Below, one piece after another: positions 37,320 to 47,182 of a stretch of 64,000 nt of DNA. The stretch covers positions 1,628 through 65,627 of the forward strand of contig DATDKZ010000162.1 of the NCBI GenBank assembly GCA_036519575.1. Direction: 5' to 3'. Origin of the DNA: Actinomycetota bacterium. GTDB lineage: Bacteria; Actinomycetota; UBA4738; HRBIN12. The notes beneath the pieces are model-generated. The model was not told the DNA's origin. It ran no database searches and was given only the letters and a program-made list of their open reading frames with translations. The position numbers and the translations under genes were made by a program. Position 1 is the first letter of the stretch. Each line of letters starts with the position of its first letter.

Positions 37320-39886
37320 CGATGAAGTCACAGGCCGCGTTGGAGGCGGCCCGGGAGCAGGCGGTTGCCCGCAGCCACCAGGCCATCGAACCCGAGCACG
37401 TCCTGTTGGCGCTTCTCTCGGACGCCGACGGGGTGATCTATCCGCTCCTGCACCGCCTGGGGATGTCGCCGCGCGCACTCAGGGACCAGGTCGACGAGGC
37501 GCTGGACCGGATCCCGAAGGTGTACGCGCAGGGCGCTGAGGTTCGGGTGTCGCCGGCCACGGGGATGCTGCTGGAGCGAGCGTTCGCGGAGGCGAAGAAG
37601 CTGACCGACGAATACGTCTCCACCGAGCACCTGTTCCTTGCCCTCCTCGATGGGGACACGGGCCCCGCCCGGCTGCTCCGCGAGGCGGGTTTGAACCCCG
37701 ACACGGTCTTGTCGGCCCTGGCGGAAGTGCGCGGCCGGCAGCGCGTGACCGACCAGACCCCGGAGGAGAAGTATCAGGCCCTCGAGCGGTACGGACGAGA
37801 TCTCACCGACCTCGCGCGGCGTGGGAGGCTGGATCCCGTCATCGGCCGGGACGACGAGATACGCCGGGTCATCCAGGTGCTCTCCCGAAGGACGAAGAAC
37901 AACCCGGTGCTGATCGGCGAGCCCGGGGTGGGGAAGACCGCCATCGTCGAGGGACTGGCTCAGCGGATCGTGGCCGGGGACGTGCCCGAATCGTTGAAGG
38001 ACAAACGCGTGGTCGCCCTGGACATCGGGGCACTGATCGCGGGCTCGAAGTACCGGGGCGAGTTCGAGGAACGGTTCAAGGCGGTGTTGCGGGAGATCGC
38101 CGAGAGCGAGGGCCAGATCATCACGTTCATCGACGAACTGCACACGGTCGTGGGCGCCGGCGCGGCAGAAGGTGCGGTCGACGCCGGCAATATGCTGAAG
38201 CCCATGCTCGCCCGAGGCGAGCTCAGGGCGATCGGCGCGACCACGCTCGATGAGTATCGCAAGCATGTGGAGAAGGACCCGGCGCTGGAGCGCAGATTCC
38301 AGCCGGTCCTGGTGGAGGAGCCCGCGATCGAGGACACGATCGCCATCCTTCGGGGTTTGAAGGAGCGGTACGAGGTGCACCACGGGGTCAGGATCCAGGA
38401 CTCCGCCCTGGTCGCGGCGGCCGTGCTTTCCAGTCGGTACGTGAGCGGTCGGTTCCTCCCCGATAAGGCGATCGATCTCGTCGACGAAGCCGGGTCAAGG
38501 CTTCGGATCGAGATCGATTCCATGCCGACGGAGATCGACGAGGTCGAGCGGCGGATGAAGCAGCTCGAGATCGAGCGGGCCGCCCTTCGGAAGGAGACGG
38601 ACGACGCGTCGAAGGACCGGCTGGCCCGCCTGGAGCGGGACCTGGCCGACCTCCAGGAGCGTTCGGCCGCCATGAAGGCTCACTGGCACCGGGAGAAGGA
38701 CCACATCGACCGGATCCGGAGGATCGGCTCGGACATCGAGGCGGCCAGGACGGACGCCGAGCGGGCCGAACGCGACGGGGATCTGGAGCGGGCGGCGGAG
38801 CTCCGATACGGAAGGCTCGTGGAGCTGGCGAGCTCGATGGACGAGGAGAACGCGAAGCTCGCGGAGATCCAGCGAGACCACAAGATGCTGAAGGAGGAGG
38901 TCGACGAGGAGGACGTGGCGGAGGTCGTCTCGACGTGGACCGGCATCCCGGTGTCGCGCCTCATGGAGGGCGAGATCCAGAAGCTGGTCCGGATGGAGGA
39001 CGAACTGCACAAGCGGGTCGTCGACCAACACGAGGCGGTCGAGGCCGTGGCGAACGCCATCCGCCGCGCCCGGGCCGGGCTCTCCGACCCGAGCAGGCCG
39101 ATTGGCTCGTTCGTGTTCCTGGGGCCTACCGGCGTGGGGAAGACCGAGCTGGCCCGAGCGCTCGCGGAGTTCCTGTTCGACGACGAGCGGGCCATGGTTC
39201 GGATCGACATGAGTGAGTATCAGGAGCGGCACACCGTGTCACGGCTAATCGGGGCGCCGCCCGGATATGTCGGCTACGACGAGGGAGGGCAGCTCACCGA
39301 GGCGGTGCGAAGGCGCCCGTACTCCGTCGTGCTGCTGGACGAGATCGAGAAGGCGCACCAAGACGCGTTCAACGTGCTGTTGCAACTGCTGGACGACGGT
39401 CGCCTCACCGACGGGCAGGGCCGGACGGTGGACTTCCGCAACACGGTGGTCATCATGACGTCGAATCTCGGCGGGTTCCTGTTCGCTGATCCGGGCTCGT
39501 CCGCTGAAGAGCGGACGGAGAAGGTGATGGCCGAGGTCCGCGCCACCTTCCGACCCGAATTCGTGAACCGTGTCGACGAGATCATCGTGTTCCAGCCGCT
39601 CGGGCGGGACGAGATCGCTCAGATCGTGGACATCCAGGTCCGCATGCTCCGGCGCCGGCTGGAGGGTCGCAGGCTCGTGATCAGCATCACCGACGCCGCT
39701 CGCGACTACCTGACGAACAAGGGATTCGACCCCACCTATGGGGCGCGGCCCCTGAAGCGGCTCATCCAGCGGGAGATCCAGGACGCGCTGGCGGTCAAGC
39801 TGCTGTCCGGCGAGCTCGCGGAGGGGGACGAGGTGGAGGTCGACGCCGACGGCGGCGGCCTCACGTTCGGGGTGCAGCGCGCGTAA
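37301..39886 (+). CDS. clpB: ATP-dependent chaperone ClpB
   Basis: TTG start gives the conserved [12 protein letters not shown]-terminus. Two AAA+ modules ([16 protein letters not shown]) with a coiled-coil middle domain. Confidence 0.9.
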   Translation: MDPNKLTMKSQAALEAAREQAVARSHQAIEPEHVLLALLSDADGVIYPLLHRLGMSPRALRDQVDEALDRIPKVYAQGAEVRVSPATGMLLERAFAEAKKLTDEYVSTEHLFLALLDGDTGPARLLREAGLNPDTVLSALAEVRGRQRVTDQTPEEKYQALERYGRDLTDLARRGRLDPVIGRDDEIRRVIQVLSRRTKNNPVLIGEPGVGKTAIVEGLAQRIVAGDVPESLKDKRVVALDIGALIAGSKYRGEFEERFKAVLREIAESEGQIITFIDELHTVVGAGAAEGAVDAGNMLKPMLARGELRAIGATTLDEYRKHVEKDPALERRFQPVLVEEPAIEDTIAILRGLKERYEVHHGVRIQDSALVAAAVLSSRYVSGRFLPDKAIDLVDEAGSRLRIEIDSMPTEIDEVERRMKQLEIERAALRKETDDASKDRLARLERDLADLQERSAAMKAHWHREKDHIDRIRRIGSDIEAARTDAERAERDGDLERAAELRYGRLVELASSMDEENAKLAEIQRDHKMLKEEVDEEDVAEVVSTWTGIPVSRLMEGEIQKLVRMEDELHKRVVDQHEAVEAVANAIRRARAGLSDPSRPIGSFVFLGPTGVGKTELARALAEFLFDDERAMVRIDMSEYQERHTVSRLIGAPPGYVGYDEGGQLTEAVRRRPYSVVLLDEIEKAHQDAFNVLLQLLDDGRLTDGQGRTVDFRNTVVIMTSNLGGFLFADPGSSAEERTEKVMAEVRATFRPEFVNRVDEIIVFQPLGRDEIAQIVDIQVRMLRRRLEGRRLVISITDAARDYLTNKGFDPTYGARPLKRLIQREIQDALAVKLLSGELAEGDEVEVDADGGGLTFGVQRA

Positions 39887-39918
39887 AGCGCGACGCACGC
39901 CGTCCCGATACTCGCCCC

Positions 39919-40689
39919 ATGAAGGGTTGGGGGCTCGTTATCGGACTGCTCGCCGCAGTCGCGCTGGTCGCGGTTGCCCTCAAGGCCCTCCCACCCGGCA
40001 TCGTCGTGGTGGCGGCCTTGGGGGGATGTGCGTACGGCAGCTACCGGTTCAACCTGCGCAAGAAGAGCGTCGAGGCGAACCTGGAGCCAGGGGCGCTTGG
40101 GTTGCAGCGCGCCGATGGCGACCCGTTCGGCCTGGCCGGCCTGCCGCTCGAGCTGCTGCGGCGGGGATCGGTCGCTGGGAGTGTCGACAACGTCCTGTGG
40201 GGGAGCTGGCGGGCCGAGGACGTGAGGGTGTTCGACTTCCGATACACCTCGGATGACGACGGCGACCGCCGGTTCACCTGCGCGCTGATAGCACTCGAGC
40301 GCGACGTACCGCCGGTCGTGGTCGAGCCGAAGATGTTCTTCACCCCGCACGCAGAGCGCGGACAGCTGCCCGTCGTCGAGATGGAGGACCGAGCGTTCGA
40401 GGAGACCTTCGACGTGCGGGCCCAGGATCCGAGGCTCGTCGCCAGCCTCCTCGACGACGACACGAGGCAGTGGATGGAACGCCAGAACGACATGGCGTTC
40501 GAGATGAACGGCCGGATGCTGCTCGCGTACGTGCAGTGGGAACGTCGGGACCTGTTCCCGCTCCTCGAGGCCGCGGCCGAGCTCGGGCGGCGTCTTTCGG
40601 TGGGGCTCGTCCCCGAGTCCGGGCGGCCGGGACCGGAGCGGCCAACGGCATCGATGGAGTCCGAGGGATCGCCTGACGTCCCGGCTTGA
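39919..40689 (+). CDS. Hypothetical membrane-anchored protein (one N-terminal TM helix; possibly a DUF3137-like LemA-associated family)
   Basis: 256 aa; TM helix then a soluble domain with no recognisable catalytic motif; neighbours PspC/LemA genes. Confidence 0.45.
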   Translation: MKGWGLVIGLLAAVALVAVALKALPPGIVVVAALGGCAYGSYRFNLRKKSVEANLEPGALGLQRADGDPFGLAGLPLELLRRGSVAGSVDNVLWGSWRAEDVRVFDFRYTSDDDGDRRFTCALIALERDVPPVVVEPKMFFTPHAERGQLPVVEMEDRAFEETFDVRAQDPRLVASLLDDDTRQWMERQNDMAFEMNGRMLLAYVQWERRDLFPLLEAAAELGRRLSVGLVPESGRPGPERPTASMESEGSPDVPA

Positions 40690-40720
40690 GGCCCCGTCCG
40701 ACGGACCGTAGGGTGGCCGG

Positions 40721-41116
40721 GTGGCCGACGCACCCGGTAGCACGAGGCTCCTTCGCCGAAGCCGCACCGACCGCGTCATCGCCGGCGTGTGCGGCGGCGT
40801 CGGGCGCTATCTGGGCGTCGACCCCGTGCTCATCCGAGTCGCGCTCGTGGTGCTGGCGATCGTGGGGGGCGGTGGCATCCTGCTCTACATCCTTGGCTGG
40901 ATCCTGATCCCCGAGGAGAAGGAGGGGGAGGACCTCGGTGAGGCCCCTCCACCCAGCGCCGACATGGCGCGGTTGGTGTTCGGCGGGGCCCTGATCGCGA
41001 TCGGCGTGATCCTGTTGCTCGGCCTGTCGATTCCGAGGATCGGGAAGTACCTGTGGCCGCTGGCCCTGATCGCGGTCGGCGTGGCCCTGATCGTCCGGGC
41101 GTCCTCCAGGCGATGA
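40721..41116 (+). CDS. PspC-domain membrane protein
   Basis: RSRTDRVIAGVCGGVGRYLGVDPVLIRVALVVL is the canonical PspC N-terminal domain, followed by a TM helix. Confidence 0.7.
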   Translation: MADAPGSTRLLRRSRTDRVIAGVCGGVGRYLGVDPVLIRVALVVLAIVGGGGILLYILGWILIPEEKEGEDLGEAPPPSADMARLVFGGALIAIGVILLLGLSIPRIGKYLWPLALIAVGVALIVRASSRR

Positions 41117-41766
41117 GCGACCTCCCGGACCCTCCTGCTTCGCCGCCGCCCTCATCACGATTCCACGCCGGACGGTTGGTGCTTGGCCTCGTGATCGTGG
41201 TGATCGGCGTAACGGCGCTTCTCCAGGCCGCGGGGGTTAGCGACGTGCCGTGGAAGGCCGTGCTGCCCGGCTCGTTGATCGCCGTCGGGCTGGGACTGGT
41301 GATCGCCGGCCAGCGTTCCGAGAGCGGTCAGGGCGGACTCATCGCCATCGGGATCGTCCTCACGATCCTGCTTGCGGGGGCGTCCGCTGTGGACATCCCT
41401 CTGGAAGGAGGGGTGGGCGAGCGGACCGAGCGCCCCATGTCGCTATCCGCGGTGCGGTCCGACTATCGGCTGGCCGTCGGGCAGCTCACCCTGGATCTCA
41501 CGAGCGTATCGGTGCCCGTCACGGGCGCGGCGCGGACGGTCCGAGCCCGCGTCGGCGTTGGCCAGCTCGTCGTGGAGCTCCCGTCGGACCAGCTGGCCGT
41601 GATCCGGGGTCACGCTGGGATGGGCCAGGTGACGATCTTCGGCCAGAGCGAGCAGGGCTTCGGCGTCGACAAGGACGTCGCGCCGAGCGTGCCGGCAGGT
41701 GAGCCGATCCCGTTCTCGCTCGAGTTATCGGTGGGCATCGGGGAGGTGCGCGTCCAGCATGGCTGA
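41113..41766 (+). CDS. LiaF-like membrane protein (TM helices plus C-terminal beta-rich DUF2154/putative adhesin-like domain)
   Basis: ATGA overlap with the pspC-like gene. C-terminal periodic GxGxhxh strands (VGQLTLDL, VGVGQLVVEL, AGMGQVTIFG, VGIGEVRVQ). Confidence 0.5.
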   Translation: MSDLPDPPASPPPSSRFHAGRLVLGLVIVVIGVTALLQAAGVSDVPWKAVLPGSLIAVGLGLVIAGQRSESGQGGLIAIGIVLTILLAGASAVDIPLEGGVGERTERPMSLSAVRSDYRLAVGQLTLDLTSVSVPVTGAARTVRARVGVGQLVVELPSDQLAVIRGHAGMGQVTIFGQSEQGFGVDKDVAPSVPAGEPIPFSLELSVGIGEVRVQHG

Positions 41767-41950
41767 TCGCGGAAACCGAACGGCGGTCGTGTGGGGCGTG
41801 TTCTTCATCGGGGCCGGGATCGCTTTCCTGCTCGACCGGCTCGACGTCTGGACCCTCCGGGCCCGGTACGTGCTTCCGGTCTTGCTGATCGTGCTGGGAG
41901 CGGCGATCCTGCTCGGTGGGCGAGGTTGGGTGCGCGGCGGGCCCGACTAG
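41759..41950 (+). CDS. Small two-TM membrane protein
   Basis: 63 aa MADRGNRTAVVWGVFFIGAGIAFLL…; the ATG overlaps the preceding stop by 8 nt. Confidence 0.4.
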   Translation: MADRGNRTAVVWGVFFIGAGIAFLLDRLDVWTLRARYVLPVLLIVLGAAILLGGRGWVRGGPD

Positions 41951-42061
41951 CACCAAGCAGGTCATCGCCCGTGTCCCCGTCGTGTTCGAGCTGTACGGGA
42001 CCGGAGCGGACCAGTAGGCTGTAGCTCGTCGTTCACGGGATCGCTCAGAAGGGACTTCATC

Positions 42062-42763
42062 GTGGCCTGGCTGTGGATCGCCCTCGGCGTGGTGGCGCTC
42101 CTCGTCATCCTCGGCATCCTCTCCTACAACCGCTTCGTCTCCGGACGCCAGCTCATCAAGGACTCATGGGCCAACATCGACACCGAGCTTCGCCGACGGT
42201 ACGACCTCATCCCCAACCTGGTCGAAACGGTGAAGGGCTACGCCGCGCACGAGCGTGGAGTCTTCGAGGAGGTGACCCGGGCCCGGGCAGCGGCCGTCTC
42301 GGCCACCGGCAGCCCGGCTGAGCAAGCCGCGGCTGAGGGACCGTTCGTCGCCGCACTGCGCCAGCTGTTCGCCGTAGCCGAGAACTATCCGGAGCTGAAG
42401 GCGAACCAGAACTTCTTGGCCCTGCAGACCGAGCTGTCCAACACCGAGGATCGGCTCCAGACGGCGCGGCGGTTCTACAACGCGAATGTGCGTGAGTTCA
42501 ATCGGCGGGTCCAGTCGTTCCCGTCGAACGTGGTCGCGCGGAGCTTCGGATTCAAGGAGGAGCAGTTCTTCGAGGTGGAGGAGACCCTTCGGGAGGCCGG
42601 CCCCCCCCAGGTGAGCTTTGCGCCCGGAACCCCGTCCGTCTCGTTCGGGGCCCCCGGCGGCTCGTCGTCCGCGCCGGCCGCCCCACCCTCCGCGGGGGGG
42701 GCGCCGCCACCGCCTCCACCTCCACCCGGCGACCCCACGCCACCCACAGGATCCGCTCCTTAG
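42062..42763 (+). CDS. lemA: LemA-family protein with Pro-rich C-terminal tail
   Basis: N-terminal TM then the conserved LemA core (YNRFVSGRQLIKDSWANIDTELRRRYDLIPNLVETVKGYA…RRFYNANVREFN). Confidence 0.8.
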   Translation: MAWLWIALGVVALLVILGILSYNRFVSGRQLIKDSWANIDTELRRRYDLIPNLVETVKGYAAHERGVFEEVTRARAAAVSATGSPAEQAAAEGPFVAALRQLFAVAENYPELKANQNFLALQTELSNTEDRLQTARRFYNANVREFNRRVQSFPSNVVARSFGFKEEQFFEVEETLREAGPPQVSFAPGTPSVSFGAPGGSSSAPAAPPSAGGAPPPPPPPPGDPTPPTGSAP

Positions 42764-44055
42764 GCCGCTTCCCTCTCGGCTGTCGCCGTTCCGCAGCCCT
42801 CGAGCATGGTGGCCCGGCGAACATCTGTCGTGAGCAGCGACCAGACGGCGGCCCAGCCCATGGCCACCGCGCCCATGCCCACGGCGGTGACTCGAGGGCC
42901 GAAGGACTCGGCCAGCCACCCCGTCAGCAGGCTCGAGAGCCCGAACGTGAGCGTCACGAGCATTCCGTCGAAGGCGAAGATCCGTCCGCGGATGCGGTCG
43001 GGGACGATCCGCTGGAGCCCATAGGAGGAGAGCGTCCACTGCGCGCCCCCGCCCACGTGCGCGAGCGCAACGGTGGGCATGGCCAGCAGCAGCCCCGGGA
43101 CCAGCCCGAGGAGCGTGTAGCCCAGGCCGAAGACCGCGAGTGCGAGGGCGATCGCGCCGAAGATCCGCCGATCCTGCGGCCCGAGTGCCGACCGCCCGAC
43201 GAACGGACCGATCAGCGCACCCACTCCCCGGGAGGCCATGAGCAGGCCGATGCCGACGTCGCCGGCGTGGTATTGGCCATGCGCCAGGAGCGGGATCAAC
43301 ACGAGGACGCCCCCGGCGATCCCCCACCCGAACTTCACGGCGAGCAGGGCCAGCACCCGGTGATCCTTCCGCGCGTACCGGATCGTCTCCACCGTCGCCT
43401 CCGCGACGCCGGCGTGGTCCTCTGCCTCGCGCTGCTCGGCGAACGGCCGGCGGATCCGCCAGATGAGCCACGCCGAGGCGAGGAAGGACACCGCATCCAG
43501 GATGAATGCGGTGTCCCTGCCGAACACGGCGGCCACGACGCCGCCGAGCGCGGCGCCAACCGCGAGCATCGTGCCCCACAGGGACCCCGACAAGGCATTG
43601 GCCGTGGCCAGGTCCTCCTCGTCAACCAAGTTGGGCAACGCGGCCAATGACGCGGGCTCGAAGGCGGCGCTGAACGAGGCCATGACCGCGAGCAGGACAA
43701 ACGCGAGCCATAGCAGCGAGTCGGTTCGGATCAGCAGGAAGCCGAGGCACACGACGGCCCGGGCCAGATCGGCGCCCACCATCAACCGGCGCCGATCGAT
43801 CCGGTCCGCCAGCACACCGGCGACCGGCGAGAGCAGGAAGTACATGAGGTCCTCCACGGCGATGACCAGGGCCACCGCGATGGCCGAGTCCGTGAAGTGG
43901 ATGACCAGCCCGAACAGGGCGACGAGCAAGAACCAGTCGCCCCCCAGCGAGATCAGGGAGGCCACGTAGAGCCGCCGGAAATCGCGGTTTCGGCGAAGCA
44001 GGGAGAGGCTGGCCCGAAGGCCTCCCTGGACGTCGACCGGTTCGCGCGCTGACAC
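42760..44055 (-). CDS. MFS transporter
   Basis: 12-TM pattern with GxLaDRxGrR-like loop motifs. Start uncertain (GTG 44055 chosen to avoid overlapping the divergent gene at 44111). Confidence 0.7.
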   Translation of the reverse strand: MSAREPVDVQGGLRASLSLLRRNRDFRRLYVASLISLGGDWFLLVALFGLVIHFTDSAIAVALVIAVEDLMYFLLSPVAGVLADRIDRRRLMVGADLARAVVCLGFLLIRTDSLLWLAFVLLAVMASFSAAFEPASLAALPNLVDEEDLATANALSGSLWGTMLAVGAALGGVVAAVFGRDTAFILDAVSFLASAWLIWRIRRPFAEQREAEDHAGVAEATVETIRYARKDHRVLALLAVKFGWGIAGGVLVLIPLLAHGQYHAGDVGIGLLMASRGVGALIGPFVGRSALGPQDRRIFGAIALALAVFGLGYTLLGLVPGLLLAMPTVALAHVGGGAQWTLSSYGLQRIVPDRIRGRIFAFDGMLVTLTFGLSSLLTGWLAESFGPRVTAVGMGAVAMGWAAVWSLLTTDVRRATMLEGCGTATAEREAA

Positions 44056-44110
44056 GGCGATTTGCCAGACTACAGGCAAGCGCCTGCCGACCGAAGGGGG
44101 AGAGGAGGCC

Positions 44111-44755
44111 ATGCTCGAGCGGTTCACGTGGTTCCGGCAGTCGGCCCTACGGTTCGCCGGCGAGGGGTTCACCGTCTACATCGATCCGTGGGGGACCACT
44201 GGGGAGGACCCGCCAGCCGACGTCATCTTCATCACGCACGCCCACTCCGACCATTTCCAGCCACGCGAGATCGAGCGGCTCAGTGGGGCGGGGACCAAGC
44301 TCGTCGCTCCACACGACGTGGCCAGGGAGCTCTCGGGGGAGGTCTCCGCGGTCGCGCCGGGCGACTCGATCGAGGTCTCCGGGATCAGGGTGCAGGCCGT
44401 GCCTGCCTACAACGTGCATCCCGATCGCCTGGACAAACATCCAAAGGCCAACCGGTGGGTGGGCTACATCTTGGAGCTCGACGGGAAGGCCTACTACCAC
44501 GCCGGCGACACCGACCACGTGCCCGAGCTCGACGAGGTGAGGACGGATGTAGCATTCCTGCCGATCGGGGGAACCTTCACGATGGAGCCGGCCGAAGCGG
44601 CCGGGCTGGCCAAGTCGATCTCGCCGCAGATCGCGGTGCCCATGCATTACGGGTTCGTCGTCGGCTCGCCAAAGGACGCCGAGACCTTCCGCCAGGAGGC
44701 GGAGCCGGTGACCGTCGAGGTGCTCACGCCGGTGAACCCGTTCGAGCGGGACTGA
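44111..44755 (+). CDS. MBL-fold metallo-hydrolase
   Basis: HAHSDH zinc-binding motif plus downstream Asp/His ligands; 214 aa; RBS GGGGGAGAGGAGG. Confidence 0.8.
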   Translation: MLERFTWFRQSALRFAGEGFTVYIDPWGTTGEDPPADVIFITHAHSDHFQPREIERLSGAGTKLVAPHDVARELSGEVSAVAPGDSIEVSGIRVQAVPAYNVHPDRLDKHPKANRWVGYILELDGKAYYHAGDTDHVPELDEVRTDVAFLPIGGTFTMEPAEAAGLAKSISPQIAVPMHYGFVVGSPKDAETFRQEAEPVTVEVLTPVNPFERD

Positions 44756-44773
44756 AGGAAGGAGAGAATCGCG

Positions 44774-45679
44774 ATGGAGCTCGGATATGACGGGCCCCTG
44801 TTCATCCTGGCGTTCGACCACCGCGGCTCGTTCCAGAAGAAGTTCTTCGGCGTCACGGGGGAGCCCACGGCGCAAGAGGCTGAGCGGATCTCCGATGCGA
44901 AGCACGTCATCTTCGAGGGATTCCTGCGCGCGCTGGATGAAGGGGCGGACCGGACGAGCGCCGGACTGCTCGTCGACGAGCAGTTCGGCGCTGCGATCGC
45001 CCGCACGGCCAAGGCGGATGGGCTGATCCTGGCCATGCCCGTTGAGAAGTCGGGTCAGGACGAGTTCGACTTCGAGTACGGCGACGAATACGGCAAGCAC
45101 ATCGAGGAATTCGACCCCGTCTTCACCAAGGTCCTCGTCAGGTACAACCCGGCGGGGGACGGCGCGATGAACGAGCGCCAGACCGAGCGACTGCGAGAGC
45201 TCTCGGACTGGCTGCACGAGCGGGGCCGGAAGTTCCTGTTCGAGCTGCTGGTCCCGCCCACGAAAGAGCAGCTTGCAACGGTGAGCGACGACCCCGACCG
45301 ATTCGACACGGAGCTCCGTCCCCAGCTCATGCTGGCGGCCATCGCCGAGCTCCAGCAATCCGGCGTGGAGCCCGACGTCTGGAAGATCGAGGGGATCGAC
45401 CGGCGGGAGGACTGCGAGGCCATCGCCACGCAGACCCGAATGGGTGGCCGGGACGCGGTGGCCTGCGTCGTCCTGGGCCGAGGGGCCGACGAGGCCGCCG
45501 TGGACCACTGGCTCCGAACGGGGGCCGGCGTTCCCGGATACATCGGGTTCGCCATCGGTCGGACCATCTGGTGGAACCCGCTGAAGGAGTTCGTGGACGG
45601 CACGGCCATGCGCGAGGATGCCGCGGCCCGCATCTCCGCGAACTACCGGCGGTTCGTCGACGTGTACATGGGAAGGTAG
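44774..45679 (+). CDS. DUF2090-family protein (IolC C-terminal-like putative aldolase domain)
   Basis: 301 aa; N-terminal LFILAFDHRGSF motif resembles the DUF2090 domain fused to 5-dehydro-2-deoxygluconokinase in some species. Confidence 0.5.
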   Translation: MELGYDGPLFILAFDHRGSFQKKFFGVTGEPTAQEAERISDAKHVIFEGFLRALDEGADRTSAGLLVDEQFGAAIARTAKADGLILAMPVEKSGQDEFDFEYGDEYGKHIEEFDPVFTKVLVRYNPAGDGAMNERQTERLRELSDWLHERGRKFLFELLVPPTKEQLATVSDDPDRFDTELRPQLMLAAIAELQQSGVEPDVWKIEGIDRREDCEAIATQTRMGGRDAVACVVLGRGADEAAVDHWLRTGAGVPGYIGFAIGRTIWWNPLKEFVDGTAMREDAAARISANYRRFVDVYMGR

Positions 45680-45691
45680 AAGGGAGATGCG

Positions 45692-45895
45692 ATGGCGGTC
45701 ATCAAGACGATCGACTTGGTCGGCGTGTCCTCGGAGTCGTGGAGGGACGCCGCCCATCAGGCGCTGAACGAGGCGTCGAAGACGATCCGCGGGATCGAGG
45801 GGATGGACATCGTCGGAACCTCGGCCGTGGTCGACGGCAACAAGATCACCGAGTACCACACGCACGTGGAGATCCGGTTCCGCCTGGAGCGATAA
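45692..45895 (+). CDS. Dodecin-family flavin-binding protein
   Basis: 67 aa MAVIKTIDLVGVSSESWRDAA…HVEIRFRLE matches dodecin length and beta-alpha-beta-beta pattern. Confidence 0.7.
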   Translation: MAVIKTIDLVGVSSESWRDAAHQALNEASKTIRGIEGMDIVGTSAVVDGNKITEYHTHVEIRFRLER

Positions 45896-45907
45896 AGCAG
45901 GGCGGTC

Positions 45908-47182
45908 ATGCCGGCCTCGATCGTCGTCGGGACCCAGTGGGGGGACGAGGGCAAGGGCAAGGTCACCGACTACCTGGCCGACCACATGCGGTTCGTGGTT
46001 CGGTACCAGGGCGGCAACAACGCCGGACACACCGTGGTGGCCGAAGGGCACCTGTTGAAGCTTCACCTCGTCCCCTCCGGGATCCTGTATCCCCACCTCA
46101 CCTCGGTTATCGCCGACGGCGTGGTCGTGGATCCCGGCGTCCTCTTGGGAGAGATGGACACGTTGTCCGGCCTGGGGATCGACGTCTCGCGCCTCGTCGT
46201 GTCGGGCAACGCGCACCTGATCATGCCCTATCACCTCGAGCTGGAGAAGGTGACCGAGCGCTATCTGGGCAAGCATGCGCTGGGGACGACCAAGCGAGGC
46301 ATCGGGCCCACCTATGCCGACAAGGCGGCTCGGATCGGCCTCCGACTCCAGGATCTGTTCGACCCGAAGATTTTCCGTGAGAAGTTGGAGGTCGTTCTGA
46401 AGGAGAAGAACCTCCTCTTGACCAAGATCTACAACCGGCTGCCGCTCTCGGCCGACACCATCGTCGAGCAGTATCGGGCCTACGGCGAGCGACTTCGACC
46501 GCACGTGGCCGACACGTCCAGGCTGCTCTACGAAGGCCTCCGAGCCGGGGAGAACGTCCTGTTCGAGGGGGCGCAGGGAACGCTCCTCGACCTGGACCAC
46601 GGGACCTATCCGTTCGTCACGTCCTCCAACCCCGTGGCAGGGTTCGCCCTAGCCTCGGCCGGCGTCGGCCCGATGGAGGTGGACCGGGTGATCGGCGTGA
46701 CGAAAGCCTATGTGACCAGGGTTGGAACGGGACCCTTCCCTACCGAGGATCCGGGTCCCGACGGCGAGCGTTTGGGGGAGGCGGGGAAGGAGTTCGGCAC
46801 CACCACCGGACGCAAGCGACGGTGCGGATGGTTCGACGCTGTCCTCGTTCGGTACGCAGCTCGCCTGAACGGCCTGTCCGAGATCTTCCTCACCAAGCTC
46901 GACGTGCTTTCGGGGTTCCGCTCGATCGAGGTCTGTACCGGATACGTCGCCGATGGCGAGACCTTCGAGGACGTCCCGCCTAACCAGTCGCTGTTCCATC
47001 GGGCGCAGCCGATATATGAAGAGTTGGAGGGGTGGGACGAGTCGCTGTCCGAGGCTCGTTCGTTCGGCAACCTTCCCCCGGCGGCCCGTAAGTACGTGGA
47101 ACGTCTCCAGGACCTGGCCGGGGTGCGGATCGGGGTGGTGTCGGTCGGCCCGGCCCGCGAGCAGAGCCTGCCCGTCGCATGA
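45908..47182 (+). CDS. purA: Adenylosuccinate synthetase
   Basis: GTQWGDEGKGKVTD P-loop, GGNNAGHT, TTKRGIGPTY. Confidence 0.9.
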   Translation: MPASIVVGTQWGDEGKGKVTDYLADHMRFVVRYQGGNNAGHTVVAEGHLLKLHLVPSGILYPHLTSVIADGVVVDPGVLLGEMDTLSGLGIDVSRLVVSGNAHLIMPYHLELEKVTERYLGKHALGTTKRGIGPTYADKAARIGLRLQDLFDPKIFREKLEVVLKEKNLLLTKIYNRLPLSADTIVEQYRAYGERLRPHVADTSRLLYEGLRAGENVLFEGAQGTLLDLDHGTYPFVTSSNPVAGFALASAGVGPMEVDRVIGVTKAYVTRVGTGPFPTEDPGPDGERLGEAGKEFGTTTGRKRRCGWFDAVLVRYAARLNGLSEIFLTKLDVLSGFRSIEVCTGYVADGETFEDVPPNQSLFHRAQPIYEELEGWDESLSEARSFGNLPPAARKYVERLQDLAGVRIGVVSVGPAREQSLPVA

